Shown: positions 44,632 to 54,790, counted from the stretch's first letter. The stretch: DNA of 64,000 nt from Clostridiaceae bacterium (GCA_012799825.1 JAAZKK010000073.1:798-64797), one strand, 5' to 3'. Made by a program: numbers and translations. The notes: a model not told the origin generated them from the sequence alone.

Positions 44632-45720
44632 TCAGATGCGTTCGAGCACCTCAATGACGACCGACTTCCCTTCAGCGAGGTTTGCATGGCTTTGCGTAAT
44701 ACGAGAAACGAGCGTCAACCCGTAGCGTCCCGTTGTCGCGTTGGGCAGCATCAGCACTTCCGACAGTGCTTGGACCCCCGTATCATCCTCCGGAAAAAGG
44801 ACGCGTGTCTTATACACTCCGCGGCTTAAAACAATCGATCGCTCCGGATAGGGACATTGGAAGATGACATCTTCCGTCCCGTCCGTCTCACCTGAAGATG
44901 GCAAAACAGTGTGTTTCACCGCATCAGCCGACGCGTCGGATGCCATACAGGCGCAGGACGAGTGATGGCCGTCGTACGACTGACAGGCGACGGCTGACTG
45001 ACAGGCGTCGGATTTCTGATAAATGTCGGATGACTGACAGGCAACGTTTGTCTGATAGGCGTTAGATGACAGACAGGTATCAGCCACTTTTTGGCTAGGA
45101 AGTACGGCTGTCGATTCGATGTCGCAAAAGAGGCGGAACGGTCGCGTCATCAATGTCGTCGCCGTTTTCACATCACCTGAGGCAATCAGTGCGCGGATGC
45201 GCGAACTGGAAACTTTCGATCCGCCCCAAAAGACATCCGGCACCACGACGGCTTCAAGCGGATGTGACGTAGCAAACGATTGTAGAAACGCCGCATCACC
45301 TGCCCCTCTGTAGCCGAAATGCGCGTCCTCACCGATAGCAAGAACGACGCCGCCTAATCGTTTTATGACGACTGACTCAAGGAATTTCTCCGGTGAAATT
45401 GTCGTGATACGATCTGTCATCGGAATCATGAAAATATCATCGACGCCGAACGCTTTGAGCGCACGCACGCGTTCTCGGTCGTTCATCAACTCGGTATGGT
45501 GAAGATCGCGTCCGCCAAAAGATACACTTTTAGGGAAAGAAAAAGTGAAGACAGTAACACGAAGTCCCTTTTTATGACAGACGTGCTTGAGCTCACTAAG
45601 AAGCGCCTGATGTCCAATGTGAAAACCGTCAAAAATACCGAGCGCGATGCCTCTTGTCGTTTTGTCATCCGGTTCTTCCGGCAGTTCTACATATACGAAA
45701 TCTTCTTTCATTGCTTCCAT
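44632..45720 (-). CDS. ribF: RibF-like FAD synthetase (FMN adenylyltransferase N-domain intact; C-terminal riboflavin-kinase-like half divergent with an insert)
   Basis: N-domain GIFDGFHIGHQALL and SSSRIRALIASGDV. It occupies the conserved position downstream of truB. The C-terminal half lacks the kinase motifs I expect (see finding). Confidence 0.75.
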   Translation of the reverse strand: MEAMKEDFVYVELPEEPDDKTTRGIALGIFDGFHIGHQALLSELKHVCHKKGLRVTVFTFSFPKSVSFGGRDLHHTELMNDRERVRALKAFGVDDIFMIPMTDRITTISPEKFLESVVIKRLGGVVLAIGEDAHFGYRGAGDAAFLQSFATSHPLEAVVVPDVFWGGSKVSSSRIRALIASGDVKTATTLMTRPFRLFCDIESTAVLPSQKVADTCLSSNAYQTNVACQSSDIYQKSDACQSAVACQSYDGHHSSCACMASDASADAVKHTVLPSSGETDGTEDVIFQCPYPERSIVLSRGVYKTRVLFPEDDTGVQALSEVLMLPNATTGRYGLTLVSRITQSHANLAEGKSVVIEVLERI

Positions 45721-45992
45721 CTGTTTCTTATTTCCTTCACTTCATAAGATTAAATTATTCTATTTTATTACAAATTGCGCCCGATCAATATGTATCCGTC
45801 GTCGCATCAGCTGATTTGACCGTTTGGTCTAATGTTCAGACTCTTCCCTGCTACGAGGCGAATACTGACAATGTTCCTCTTCATCACGCACTTGTGACCA
45901 TATCGTTTTTCTGAACACATTTCAAATGGATTGACTGTCATCTGCCATGAGCCCGACCATCAAAAGATGATCCAATTAGCACGCCTCAGTTT

Positions 45993-46988
45993 CTACGTAA
46001 AAAAGAACGGGTCACAAAATATTCGGCGCGGTCGATATCGAGCGTCATCGCGCTCGGCGACGGCGATCAGTTTGTTCTCATAAAAGAGCGCAACCCAAGT
46101 GTCGTCAGGAGGCGGTGCCGATAAGGCAGCCTCTTTATCAAGAGGCTCACGCACAGGTTGAGACAGATTTAGATGTTGACCGTGCGTGATCGCAAGCGCT
46201 TCATCGCGTGTAAGGGGGATGCTCGGCCATCCTGTAAAGGCGGCTCCCGTTGAGAGTATCAAACCGTCCTTTTCTAGATCGTGTCGCCAAAGAACACGAT
46301 CACCGCTCGCCGCGTCAAAGCGTTGAGAGAGTTCTTCTAAAGTCACACTCTTCTCTAAAGAAAAGGAGCCCGTGGCAACGCGCTCCAATGTTTCAGCATA
46401 AGCCAGCGTGCCGAGCGCGCGCCCAAGCGTGTCGACGAGCACGCGAATATAGGTGCCGGCGCTAACATGACACTCAAACAGAACATGTGAATAGCCGTCG
46501 CTTTTTTTTGTCAAGGAAAGAAGTTTTGATTCATATACCGTGATTTTCCGAATGGGACGCTCCACATCGATCCCCTGACGCGCGTATTTATAGAGCGGCT
46601 TGCCGTCGCGCTTTACAGCGGAGTAAAGGGGTACCTGTTGTTCCGTAATGCTTGAAAGTGCTGCGACGGCGTCGCGTAATGCCGCTTCATCAGAAAAAGG
46701 CAACACGATTTCCGGTGCGCGCTCCGTTATGAGACCGTCGCGATCCATGGTGTCTGTCGCGGCGCCGAGCGCCGCAAGACAGCGATAACGCTTCGTCCAT
46801 TTCAGCATATAGTGGGCTGCCGCCGTCGCGCGGCCAAAACAAATGGGTAACACGCCCGTCGCAAAAGGGTCGAGCGTTCCGGTATGGCCGACGCGTCGCA
46901 TACCGAGGAATCGCCGAAGCAAAGATACAACTCCGGCGGACGTCATGTCCGCAGGTTTATTGATGATGATAATTCCGGAATCATTCAT
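45993..46988 (-). CDS. truB: tRNA pseudouridine(55) synthase TruB
   Basis: IIIINKPADMTS and the catalytic Asp motif GHTGTLDPFATG. It also has a PUA-like C-terminus. Confidence 0.9.
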   Translation of the reverse strand: MNDSGIIIINKPADMTSAGVVSLLRRFLGMRRVGHTGTLDPFATGVLPICFGRATAAAHYMLKWTKRYRCLAALGAATDTMDRDGLITERAPEIVLPFSDEAALRDAVAALSSITEQQVPLYSAVKRDGKPLYKYARQGIDVERPIRKITVYESKLLSLTKKSDGYSHVLFECHVSAGTYIRVLVDTLGRALGTLAYAETLERVATGSFSLEKSVTLEELSQRFDAASGDRVLWRHDLEKDGLILSTGAAFTGWPSIPLTRDEALAITHGQHLNLSQPVREPLDKEAALSAPPPDDTWVALFYENKLIAVAERDDARYRPRRIFCDPFFFT

Positions 46989-47324
46989 ACTATTCTTATC
47001 TGATTGTACGACCTGCTACATTGCTGTTATCTATTGCTAAAATAGAACTTGTGTTTATAAAAAAGGTATCTTCTGCCCTTTTTCTAATCGCATCTTCGTC
47101 AACGACCTCTGTCATCATCATTTCAGGCTCTTCTGTCATTTCCGTTTTCAAGTATGCTATGTGTGCATTCACTTATTAGTAAATGAATTATTTCTTAGTG
47201 TCGACACGTGATCTAACTCGACATTTTCAAAGCTGCGATAGAATTTCTCAGCCTCCGGGCGTAACTTTTGGTATTCCACGTAAATAATCTCTAATAATTA
47301 ATGTTTGAAAAACACGAGGATGCT

Positions 47325-48365
47325 CTATTCCGAGGACACCAGCGCCTCTGCAATGTCACGACGCGTCATGGCCATCGCCTCTTCAAGAGTGATGTCCTTG
47401 ATCGTGACGCCTGCCGCACGCGCATGACCGCCGCCGCCGTAGCGCCGAGCAAATTCAGCGGCGTTAAAGTTTTCACCGGCACGAATATTGATACGAACGC
47501 CAGTTGGTGTTTCCACATGCAAAAGAACGACCTCAGTCCCCTCGACGAATCGTAATTCGGAGGCTAACTTTGCCAGATCGTCGTCTTGAATGTCGTACCG
47601 ATCAATCATCTCACGACTGATATGTGCGATGATCACATGATCGTTGCACGAACGTTCTGCATTTTGAAAAACATCTCCTCGAAGTTGTAGAAAGCCAAGC
47701 GTCGTCTTGTCAAAAAGATGATAATGAAGCGTCGGAAGATCGATTGGAAAACGTTCGATTAAGGTTGCCGCTTGCCGCATCACGCGCGGCGTCGTGTTGC
47801 TGTACGTATACCTGCCGGTATCGGTCACAATGCCGGCTAGTAGAAGGACGGCTATATCCTTTGTAAAAAGAGAGCGACCGACGCGCTGCTCCATGGCGTC
47901 GATCAGGACATAGCAAAGCTCACACGCCGCAGCAGCGTGAACATCGATATAAGAATAAGGCAAAAGATCGCCCTCGTAGAGGTGATGATCAATGACAGCT
48001 TGATAAAGCGCATCGACGTAATAAGGCGCGCGCTTGCCCAAGCGCGACGCTTCATAGCAATCGACGGCAAGCGCAAGATCAAGCGCGGGAACACTATCGC
48101 CGCGCTCCGGAATCAAGGGTTCTTTTAATATGGGAAGTGCGTTCAGTGACGGGGGTGCCGTCATATCAAGTACGACGACCGTTTCACAACCGACTGCTTC
48201 CAGTACTGCCGACATCGACATCGCGGCGCCATACGCGTCGGCGTCGTGGCGTTCGTGAGGGAAAATACCGACACACCAGCCCTCGGCGCCGGCGTGAAGA
48301 AAAAGCTCTACTACCGTTTGAGCTGCGTCATGATGGCGATTTTTCCCTTGATCGTTCACGCCCAT
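47325..48365 (-). CDS. nrnA: DHH/DHHA1-family phosphoesterase (NrnA-like oligoribonuclease/pAp phosphatase)
   Basis: DHH motif (VIDHHLY) and DHHA1 GGGH motif (RYGGGGHARAAG). It occupies the conserved position between rbfA and truB. Confidence 0.75.
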   Translation of the reverse strand: MGVNDQGKNRHHDAAQTVVELFLHAGAEGWCVGIFPHERHDADAYGAAMSMSAVLEAVGCETVVVLDMTAPPSLNALPILKEPLIPERGDSVPALDLALAVDCYEASRLGKRAPYYVDALYQAVIDHHLYEGDLLPYSYIDVHAAAACELCYVLIDAMEQRVGRSLFTKDIAVLLLAGIVTDTGRYTYSNTTPRVMRQAATLIERFPIDLPTLHYHLFDKTTLGFLQLRGDVFQNAERSCNDHVIIAHISREMIDRYDIQDDDLAKLASELRFVEGTEVVLLHVETPTGVRINIRAGENFNAAEFARRYGGGGHARAAGVTIKDITLEEAMAMTRRDIAEALVSSE

Positions 48366-48368
48366 CGC

Positions 48369-48869
48369 TCACAGCACTTCGCTTTCCTCAGAGCGTACAC
48401 GAGCGGCCTTCCCAACAATGTTTTGGCGCAGATTATCGCTTTTTGTATTGGAATAGGAGCACGCAGTCTCCTCCGGATCATGACTTACATCTTCAGGCAA
48501 TTCTTTATCTTGTCGGGCGCGCAGTGATTCCTCATGGACGCGACGAATAAGCGCGTCCATTTTTTCGCCATGCTTCATAGAGTAGTCTTCTTCAAAAATC
48601 AATCGAGGAATACGACGTGTGCGGAGATTTTCTGACAATGTGCGGCGCAAGAACGGAGTAGCTTTGCCAAACGCTTGGCGCACGTCTTCCGATTTTTCTT
48701 CGTCGCCATATACGCTGTAAAATACGCGCGCTGTTGAAAGGTCGGAACTTACGACCACATCCGTCAAAGAAACGATGCCGTGAAGACGAGGATCATTGAG
48801 CTTCCTTTGTATCACCTCCGCGAGTATGCGCCGGATTTCATCGCCAATGCGATCACTTCGTCGTGTCAT
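48369..48869 (-). CDS. rbfA: ribosome-binding factor A with a C-terminal extension
   Basis: The ATG at 48869 is preceded by ggagga. RIGDEIRRILAEVIQRKLNDPRL...VSLTDVVVSSDLSTARVFYSV is the RbfA KH-like core. 166 aa, compared with about 120 typical from memory. Confidence 0.85.
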   Translation of the reverse strand: MTRRSDRIGDEIRRILAEVIQRKLNDPRLHGIVSLTDVVVSSDLSTARVFYSVYGDEEKSEDVRQAFGKATPFLRRTLSENLRTRRIPRLIFEEDYSMKHGEKMDALIRRVHEESLRARQDKELPEDVSHDPEETACSYSNTKSDNLRQNIVGKAARVRSEESEVL

Positions 48870-51800
48870 GCTCTTCCTCCAAGATATACGCTTCGATTTC
48901 GTCGCCGACCTTAATGTCGTTATAGTTTTCAAGTCCGAGACCGCACTCGTAGCCGGATGCCACTTCACGGACATCGTCTTTGAAACGGCGCAACGATGCG
49001 ACGGTTGTCTCAAATATGACAACTCCGTCGCGGATCAAGCGGACGTTGTCTCTCCGGTTCACACGACCTGACTCAACGTAACATCCGGCGACAGTGCCTA
49101 CGTTCGACACGCGGAAAACTTCGCGAACTTGAAGCTTGCCAACGACAACTTCCGTGATCTTCGGCTTAAGCATGCCGCGCATCGCGTCGCGGACTTCATC
49201 GATCGCTTCGTAGATGACGCGGTACGTGCGGATATCCACCTTTGCTGCCGATGCAATTAAGTTGGCGCTCGACGTGGGGCGCACGTTGAAACCAATGATG
49301 ATGGCATCGGCAACCTCTGCCAGGCGTACATCCGTTTCCGTAATCGCGCCGACGGCACCGTGGATCACATGTACTGTGATCTTGTCGTTTGAAAGTTCTT
49401 CCATCGAGCGTTGAATCGCTTCCACCGAACCTTGGGCGTCACCTTTGACGATGAGGTTGAGGTCGATCTTCTCTTCTTTTGCCGTGTGGCTGAAGAGACT
49501 GTCGAGCGACATTCTAGATGATTTGCGAAGGCTCAATTCGCGTTCTTCCTCTTTGCGCTTTGCGACGAGATCACGCGCAATGCGCTCACTCTTCACTTGA
49601 TAGAGGATGTCGCCGCCTTCGGGCACATCGGCGATACCTGTAATTTCAACGGGAACCGACGGACCGGCCTCTTTGATCTCCTTGCCGTGATCGTCTACCA
49701 TAGCTCGGATGTGACCGGATGTATTACCGACCACAACGGCATCTCCCGTGCGGAGTGTACCGCGCTGAATGAGCACGGTGGCCACAGGGCCTCTCGCCTG
49801 ATCAAGGCTCGCTTCAATGACCGTCCCTTTTGCTTGACGGCTCGGATTCGCTTTGAGCTCAAGGACGTCGGCCGTCAGGATAATCATGTCAAGCAGTTCA
49901 TCCATGTTCGTGCCGAATTTCGCCGACACAGGCACGATCGTCGTGCTGCCGCCCCACGATGAATCCATCAGTTCATAGTTGACAAGTTCACGCTTCACGC
50001 GATCTATATCGGCTTCCGGTCTGTCGATCTTATTGATAGCAACAATAATTTCCGTATTTGCCGCGCGCGCATGATTGATCGCTTCAACGGTTTGCGGCAT
50101 CACGCCGTCATCGGCGGCGACGACCAAAACGGCGATATCCGTCACCTGAGCGCCTCGCGCACGAAGCGTCGTAAACGCCTCGTGCCCCGGTGTATCGAGG
50201 AATGTGATGACGCGATCTTGAACAGGCACCATGTAAGCGCCGATGTGCTGTGTAATGCCGCCGGCTTCATCTTCCGTCATCGATGACTTTCTGAAATAAT
50301 CGAGAATCGTCGTCTTGCCGTGGTCGACGTGGCCCATCACAACCACAACAGGCGGACGAGGGACGAGATCTTCTTCACGGTCTTCCGAATCGTCAAAGAG
50401 GATATCTTCTGCCGTCACTTCCACATATTTCTCACTGGTGATGCCGAATTCGGATGCGACAATTGACGCCGTATCGTAATCAATGTCTTGGTTGATCGTG
50501 GCCATAACGCCGAGCTGCATGAGTTTCATGATGACATCCGCTGTCGTCTTTTTAATGGCCTCGGCAAACTCCTTTACGGTGAGATATTCAGGCAGTACGA
50601 CTTTAGAAAGCGGCGCCGGTTGGCGTCTAGGCTTGTCGGCACTGTCTTTGCGGCGTGAACGGCGAAGATTCGCATCGCGATCGATCATCTCCTGCTGTTC
50701 GCGGCGATTCTGAATATCGCGGCGTTTCTCTGTCCGCTCCCGCTCACGGGTACTGCGCTGACTTCGGCGCGAACGCGTCTTCTGAGATATCGCCTCCTCA
50801 TCGCCATCCTTAAAAGGCGCAGGTGGCGGTGCAAACGGCGCGGGGCGCGAAGGCCTCGCATATCGGTCTTGGCGAGTTCTCTGTTGATCTCTTTGCGTTC
50901 CAGACGACGGTCTGGGAGCTGCGCCGCGATCTGTTCGCGGTTCGACCGGACGCCTCGTTGTGCTGCGCTGTTCACTTACGGGAATGTTGCGATCGCGCCC
51001 GACATAACTTCCGCGCTGTGGACGAATCGGCTTCGCGCCCTCTTTGTCGCCTTCCCGTGCAACTGCACGGCGCGGATCGGGACGCAGGATTTTCTTCTCA
51101 GGTTTCGTAATTCTTTCCGTGATCGGCATCGATTTTTCAGCAATGCTCATCCTGCGGCGCGGCTTTTCCGTACGTGGCGCGGGTTTTGAAGCGACATCCT
51201 GCCTCGCAGCGGGGGTCGTCACTCTAGGAGCAGGCGCAGGTTTACGCGGTTCTGAAACAGGCGCTTGCTTCGACGCTTTAGGGGCCGTAGTGACCTTCGT
51301 CGTATCAATCGTTTCTTTTTCGCGGCGAGTAACCTTAGAAGGAGCAGTTTCTACCGCCTTTTTGGCCGCTTTGTCAGGTACATCTGTCGCAACAGGCGCT
51401 GTCTTCTCTTTTGAAACCGGTTTTCGATCTGCAGGTGTCGCTGTCGAGTCTGGCGTAACAGGAGTCGTCTCTGGCGCCGACTTGCGGGGCAAATCCTGAT
51501 CGACCGCTACCTTGGAGACTTCTTTTTCCGGTATTGAAACGCGAGGTTTTTCGTCTTTCGGCAGGGGCGCGGTCGCTACTGCAGGACGCGTAGGCTCAAC
51601 TGGCATTTTATCAGAGCTTACTTCCACCTCTTTCACTTTTTCTTCCTGTTTCGAAACAGGAGCGACAGTGGCGGCACGATCACCTTCATCCGGAGCTTTC
51701 ACCTTCTCCTCTTTGACTTCTGGACGCGCTTTTTTCGGCTTTTTGACGAGTTTAATCACACCTGGAATGGCTTTCCCGGAGATGCCTTGAATCTCAATGG

Positions 51801-52017
51801 TGGACGATTCCGAGCCCGGAATAGCCTTGAGGAACACTTCAGGTGAGGGTTCAGTCGCGATATCTTTTTTATCCTGTTCTGCTTCAGGCGTCGAAGGAGG
51901 CGTTAAAGGCGCCTGAAAAGCCGCACGGACTTCTTGTTCCCTGCGCTGTCTGATCGCCTCTTCCTCTGTGATGAAACCGGCCCGAAGACCGGAATCCGCT
52001 TCTTCTCTTTTCGCCAT
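48853..52017 (-). CDS. infB: translation initiation factor IF-2
   Basis: Long basic/Pro-rich N-terminal region. G domain with VVVVMGHVDHGKTT, DTPGHEAF and NKID, followed by the conserved C-terminal domains. Confidence 0.95.
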   Translation of the reverse strand: MAKREEADSGLRAGFITEEEAIRQRREQEVRAAFQAPLTPPSTPEAEQDKKDIATEPSPEVFLKAIPGSESSTIEIQGISGKAIPGVIKLVKKPKKARPEVKEEKVKAPDEGDRAATVAPVSKQEEKVKEVEVSSDKMPVEPTRPAVATAPLPKDEKPRVSIPEKEVSKVAVDQDLPRKSAPETTPVTPDSTATPADRKPVSKEKTAPVATDVPDKAAKKAVETAPSKVTRREKETIDTTKVTTAPKASKQAPVSEPRKPAPAPRVTTPAARQDVASKPAPRTEKPRRRMSIAEKSMPITERITKPEKKILRPDPRRAVAREGDKEGAKPIRPQRGSYVGRDRNIPVSEQRSTTRRPVEPRTDRGAAPRPSSGTQRDQQRTRQDRYARPSRPAPFAPPPAPFKDGDEEAISQKTRSRRSQRSTRERERTEKRRDIQNRREQQEMIDRDANLRRSRRKDSADKPRRQPAPLSKVVLPEYLTVKEFAEAIKKTTADVIMKLMQLGVMATINQDIDYDTASIVASEFGITSEKYVEVTAEDILFDDSEDREEDLVPRPPVVVVMGHVDHGKTTILDYFRKSSMTEDEAGGITQHIGAYMVPVQDRVITFLDTPGHEAFTTLRARGAQVTDIAVLVVAADDGVMPQTVEAINHARAANTEIIVAINKIDRPEADIDRVKRELVNYELMDSSWGGSTTIVPVSAKFGTNMDELLDMIILTADVLELKANPSRQAKGTVIEASLDQARGPVATVLIQRGTLRTGDAVVVGNTSGHIRAMVDDHGKEIKEAGPSVPVEITGIADVPEGGDILYQVKSERIARDLVAKRKEEERELSLRKSSRMSLDSLFSHTAKEEKIDLNLIVKGDAQGSVEAIQRSMEELSNDKITVHVIHGAVGAITETDVRLAEVADAIIIGFNVRPTSSANLIASAAKVDIRTYRVIYEAIDEVRDAMRGMLKPKITEVVVGKLQVREVFRVSNVGTVAGCYVESGRVNRRDNVRLIRDGVVIFETTVASLRRFKDDVREVASGYECGLGLENYNDIKVGDEIEAYILEEEHDTTK

Positions 52018-52060
52018 AATCTGTTTAATCCTCTCGTCTTCCTAACTAACAGTACCGTTT

Positions 52061-52366
52061 TTATTTTATATTTGATCGACCATCGGCAGCGATCACTTTG
52101 TTAGCTATGTGTTCTTCTAGCGCGCGCTCCAGCTCTTCCCACAGGGAATCTGTCGTAACAACTTTCAGTGCCCGTTCGATTGCATGCCGTTTACGGGCGA
52201 TATCGACGCACTTGCGATTATAACAGAGATAGGCGCCGCGCCCCGCAATCCGCCTCGTCGGGTCATACACGGCACTGCCCTCAGGCGAGCGCGCCACACG
52301 CATCATGGACGTTTGCTCAAATCGTTCGCGACAGCCCGCGCACATTCTGATAGGGATGTGCTTCAC
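52061..52366 (-). CDS. ylxR: YlxR/RnpM family RNA-binding protein (DUF448)
   Basis: IRMCAGCRERF ... GRGAYLC motifs, 101 aa, and located between nusA and infB. Confidence 0.8.
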   Translation of the reverse strand: MKHIPIRMCAGCRERFEQTSMMRVARSPEGSAVYDPTRRIAGRGAYLCYNRKCVDIARKRHAIERALKVVTTDSLWEELERALEEHIANKVIAADGRSNIK

Positions 52367-52405
52367 AAAGTCACCTTATTTTCTACGGTCAGATACGGTC
52401 AGACC

Positions 52406-53803
52406 TTATTCTCCTTTTTGTGAAGACACGTCGCCCGCGGGCGGTGTGTCATCCTCCATCTCTTCTATGGAGTCGATCGTGTTTTCTAAAATATCAAGGT
52501 AGGTTGAAGCCGCCTCTTTATTGTCGCCGACGATCTCATGAAGCGGGGGCACCTCGTCGTATTCGAGCATCGGCTGTTCGTCGTCATCCATATCGTCATT
52601 GTATAATTCATCTTCTTCGTACAGTTCACGGTTGGCTTCATCCTGAGCGACAGCTTCATTGAAGTCGGCCATCCACGTCGCTTCGAGCATCTCGCGGTAT
52701 TGCGATTCGCTCTTGATGTCAATACGCCATCCCGTCAGCTTGGCGGCGAGGCGAGCGTTCTGTCCTTCTTTACCGATCGCAAGTGAAAGCTGATGGTCGG
52801 GGACGATGACGCGGGCGCTTCTCTCGTCCTCATCTTCGCTCAACATAACGCGAATAACACGCGCCGGCGAAAGCGCGTTGCTGATGTATTCAACGATATC
52901 GGCATTCCACTCGATGATATCGATTTTTTCGCCGTTCAGCTCCGCGATGACTGTCTGTACGCGCATTCCGCGCTGTCCCACACAGGCACCGACCGGATCG
53001 ACATTGCTGTCGTTCGTGGTCACGGACATTTTCGTCCGCGATCCCGCCTCGCGGGCAACATTCACGATCTCGACGATTCCGGCACCGATTTCAGGCACTT
53101 CTTGTTCAAAAAGTCTGCGAACGAGACCGGGATCGCTCCTTGAGATGATGATAACAGGATGGTGATCGCGCTGATCCACCTTCAAAATATAAAAGCGCAT
53201 GTGTTTGCGGAAAGTATAATTATCAAGCCGCGATTGCTGACTGTACGGCAGCACCGCCTGCGCACGGCCAATATCGACGAGCACTTCATTGCGGTCTCGG
53301 CGTTGCACGATGCCGCTGGCAAGTCCGTGCACACGACCGGAGAATTCTTCATGAATGCGTACTTTCTCAGCCTGCGCGAGCCTCTGATTGATGACGCTCT
53401 TCGCCGTTTGCGCCGCAAGTCTCCCGAAATGCGACGGATCGACTTCGCGAACGAGCTGATCACCGATTTCTAGATCAGGAGACAGCGCATGTGCCTGCTC
53501 TAAGGAAAGCTCGCTGTGAGGGTTGCGAACCTTCTCCACTATAGTGATCGGTTGATAGACGCGCATTTCACCTGTCTGGCGGTCAATGTGCGCCGTAATG
53601 CCGTCATTTTCCGGCGCATGTTCCGACGATTCATCGGAGCCCGCATCGTGGCTTTTCGCTTTATCTCGGTCGCGAGAGTGAATTTCAAATTCGCGGCGGT
53701 ACGCGGCCACAAGGGCGTCTTCTATCGCCTCGATGAGCATTTCCATCTCGACGCCGCGCTCTTTTTCTAATAACTTCAGGGCTTCAATAAATTCCTGATT
53801 CAT
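52406..53803 (-). CDS. nusA: transcription termination/antitermination factor NusA with an acidic C-terminal extension
   Basis: N-terminal domain ([15 protein letters not shown]), S1 domain, two KH domains ([34 protein letters not shown]), and an Asp/Glu-rich tail. Confidence 0.95.
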   Translation of the reverse strand: MNQEFIEALKLLEKERGVEMEMLIEAIEDALVAAYRREFEIHSRDRDKAKSHDAGSDESSEHAPENDGITAHIDRQTGEMRVYQPITIVEKVRNPHSELSLEQAHALSPDLEIGDQLVREVDPSHFGRLAAQTAKSVINQRLAQAEKVRIHEEFSGRVHGLASGIVQRRDRNEVLVDIGRAQAVLPYSQQSRLDNYTFRKHMRFYILKVDQRDHHPVIIISRSDPGLVRRLFEQEVPEIGAGIVEIVNVAREAGSRTKMSVTTNDSNVDPVGACVGQRGMRVQTVIAELNGEKIDIIEWNADIVEYISNALSPARVIRVMLSEDEDERSARVIVPDHQLSLAIGKEGQNARLAAKLTGWRIDIKSESQYREMLEATWMADFNEAVAQDEANRELYEEDELYNDDMDDDEQPMLEYDEVPPLHEIVGDNKEAASTYLDILENTIDSIEEMEDDTPPAGDVSSQKGE

Positions 53804-53874
53804 GACGACTCCTGTTCTTTTATGTCATTCAAAATTGCTTTAACAAAATGATTGTAACCTTATATACCAATGCT

Positions 53875-54354
53875 TTAAAAATGGACATCGCGACGAATAT
53901 GAGCGATATCCTTGAGCGGGAATAAGACCGTGTTTCCATCGGCGTCTCTTACACCCACTTTCCCAGCCTCCTCATCGATCGTTAAGGCGCCTGAGAAACG
54001 CTTTTTCTGATCGACGGCCTGATAAAGACGGACATGCGCATATTCTCCTTCGTGGCGCAAACAGTCTGCCATCGTTTTCAAAGGCCAGTCCAACCCCGGT
54101 GAAGAGACTTCAAAAACATCAAAATCGATAATGCCGAGCGTATCCGAAATGAGCGGATCGGCAACTTCACTGATCTTCTCGCAGTCATCCGTCGTAATGC
54201 CGCCTTTTTTGTCAATAACGAGTCGCAGAATCGATCGGCCGCGCTCATTGGTATAAAGCGCATCCAGCAGGACGACCCCCATTGATTCTGCGATCGGAGC
54301 AAGACGTTCTTTGATCCTGTCTCGATTCATTTTTCGCGTTGTTTTGGCGCACAT
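53875..54354 (-). CDS. rimP: ribosome maturation factor RimP
   Basis: LAPIAESMGVVLLDALY ... ILRLVIDKKGGITTDDCEKIS ... FEVSSPGLDWPL. The start is ambiguous; the ATG at 54354 has the best SD spacing, and alternatives are 54363, 54369 and 54330. Confidence 0.8.
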   Translation of the reverse strand: MCAKTTRKMNRDRIKERLAPIAESMGVVLLDALYTNERGRSILRLVIDKKGGITTDDCEKISEVADPLISDTLGIIDFDVFEVSSPGLDWPLKTMADCLRHEGEYAHVRLYQAVDQKKRFSGALTIDEEAGKVGVRDADGNTVLFPLKDIAHIRRDVHF

Positions 54355-54392
54355 GGCATTCATCTCCACGTCGATTTCCGGCTACACAGAAA

Positions 54393-54412
54393 AGAGCGGG
54401 ACCTCCCGCTCT
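54393..54412 (-). terminator. intrinsic-terminator-like hairpin in the rimP-nusA leader (candidate attenuator)
   Basis: On the minus strand: AGAGCGGG-AGGT-CCCGCTCT followed by TTTTCTGTG. It lies between the candidate promoter and the rimP start. Confidence 0.55.
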
Positions 54413-54437
54413 TTCTTCGCAGACGTTGCGTGTTTTT

Positions 54438-54465
54438 ATTATAGCAGGTTTTGACCGAAGGTCAA
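54438..54465 (-). promoter_or_regulatory. candidate sigma-A promoter of the rimP-nusA-infB operon
   Basis: On the minus strand: TTGACC (54465-54460), a 16-nt spacer, then TATAAT (54443-54438). Confidence 0.55.
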
Positions 54466-54621
54466 CTCAAGAACTCGCTATATCGCGTTTTAGCGCGTTT
54501 TAGCATACTTTAAGCGTACTTTCCATTCTCTTCTTGAAAACCATCTTAACTGTACAGTTTACTTTGGCGTTCACCGTTAGCATGTTTTCCTTAGTTATGA
54601 AGACACCTTAAAGATATGATC

Positions 54622-54651
54622 TTTACGCCTCATGCGCGTTTTTGCTATACT
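54622..54651 (+). promoter_or_regulatory. candidate promoter for tRNA-Arg
   Basis: TTTACG (54622-27), an 18-nt spacer, then TATACT (54646-51). The tRNA 5' end is 16 nt downstream of the -10 element. Confidence 0.45.
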
Positions 54652-54666
54652 GAGCTTCGCCAAAGA

Positions 54667-54743
54667 GGTCCCGTAGCTCAGATGGATAGAGCGTTGGTCT
54701 CCTAAACCGAAGGCCGCGCGTTCGAATCGCGCCGGGATCACCA
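54667..54743 (+). tRNA. tRNA-Arg (anticodon CCU), CCA encoded
   Basis: Hand-folded cloverleaf. Acceptor stem GGTCCCG/CGGGATC, D arm GCTC-AGATGGATA-GAGC, and anticodon stem TTGGT/ACCGA with loop CTCCTAA (anticodon CCT). Variable loop AGGCC, T arm GCGCG-TTCGAAT-CGCGC, discriminator A, then CCA. Length 77 nt. Confidence 0.9.
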
Positions 54744-54747
54744 AAAA

Positions 54748-54790
54748 AGAGGATGTCGCCGATCTATTGTTCACCGACACCCTCTTTTTA
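54748..54790 (+). terminator. rho-independent terminator after tRNA-Arg
   Basis: agaggatgtcg (54748-58) pairs with cgacaccctct (54775-85) at 10 of 11 positions and is followed by ttttt. Confidence 0.75.

Noticed and set aside
46996-47139. 47-codon minus-strand ORF (MTEEPEMMMTEVVDEDAIRKRAEDTFF…) ending 7 nt before the truB start, within the 336-nt nrnA-truB spacer.
   Set aside because: It has a weak SD (acggaa) and no recognisable family, and its second half has odd composition. I cannot distinguish it from a chance ORF without conservation data.
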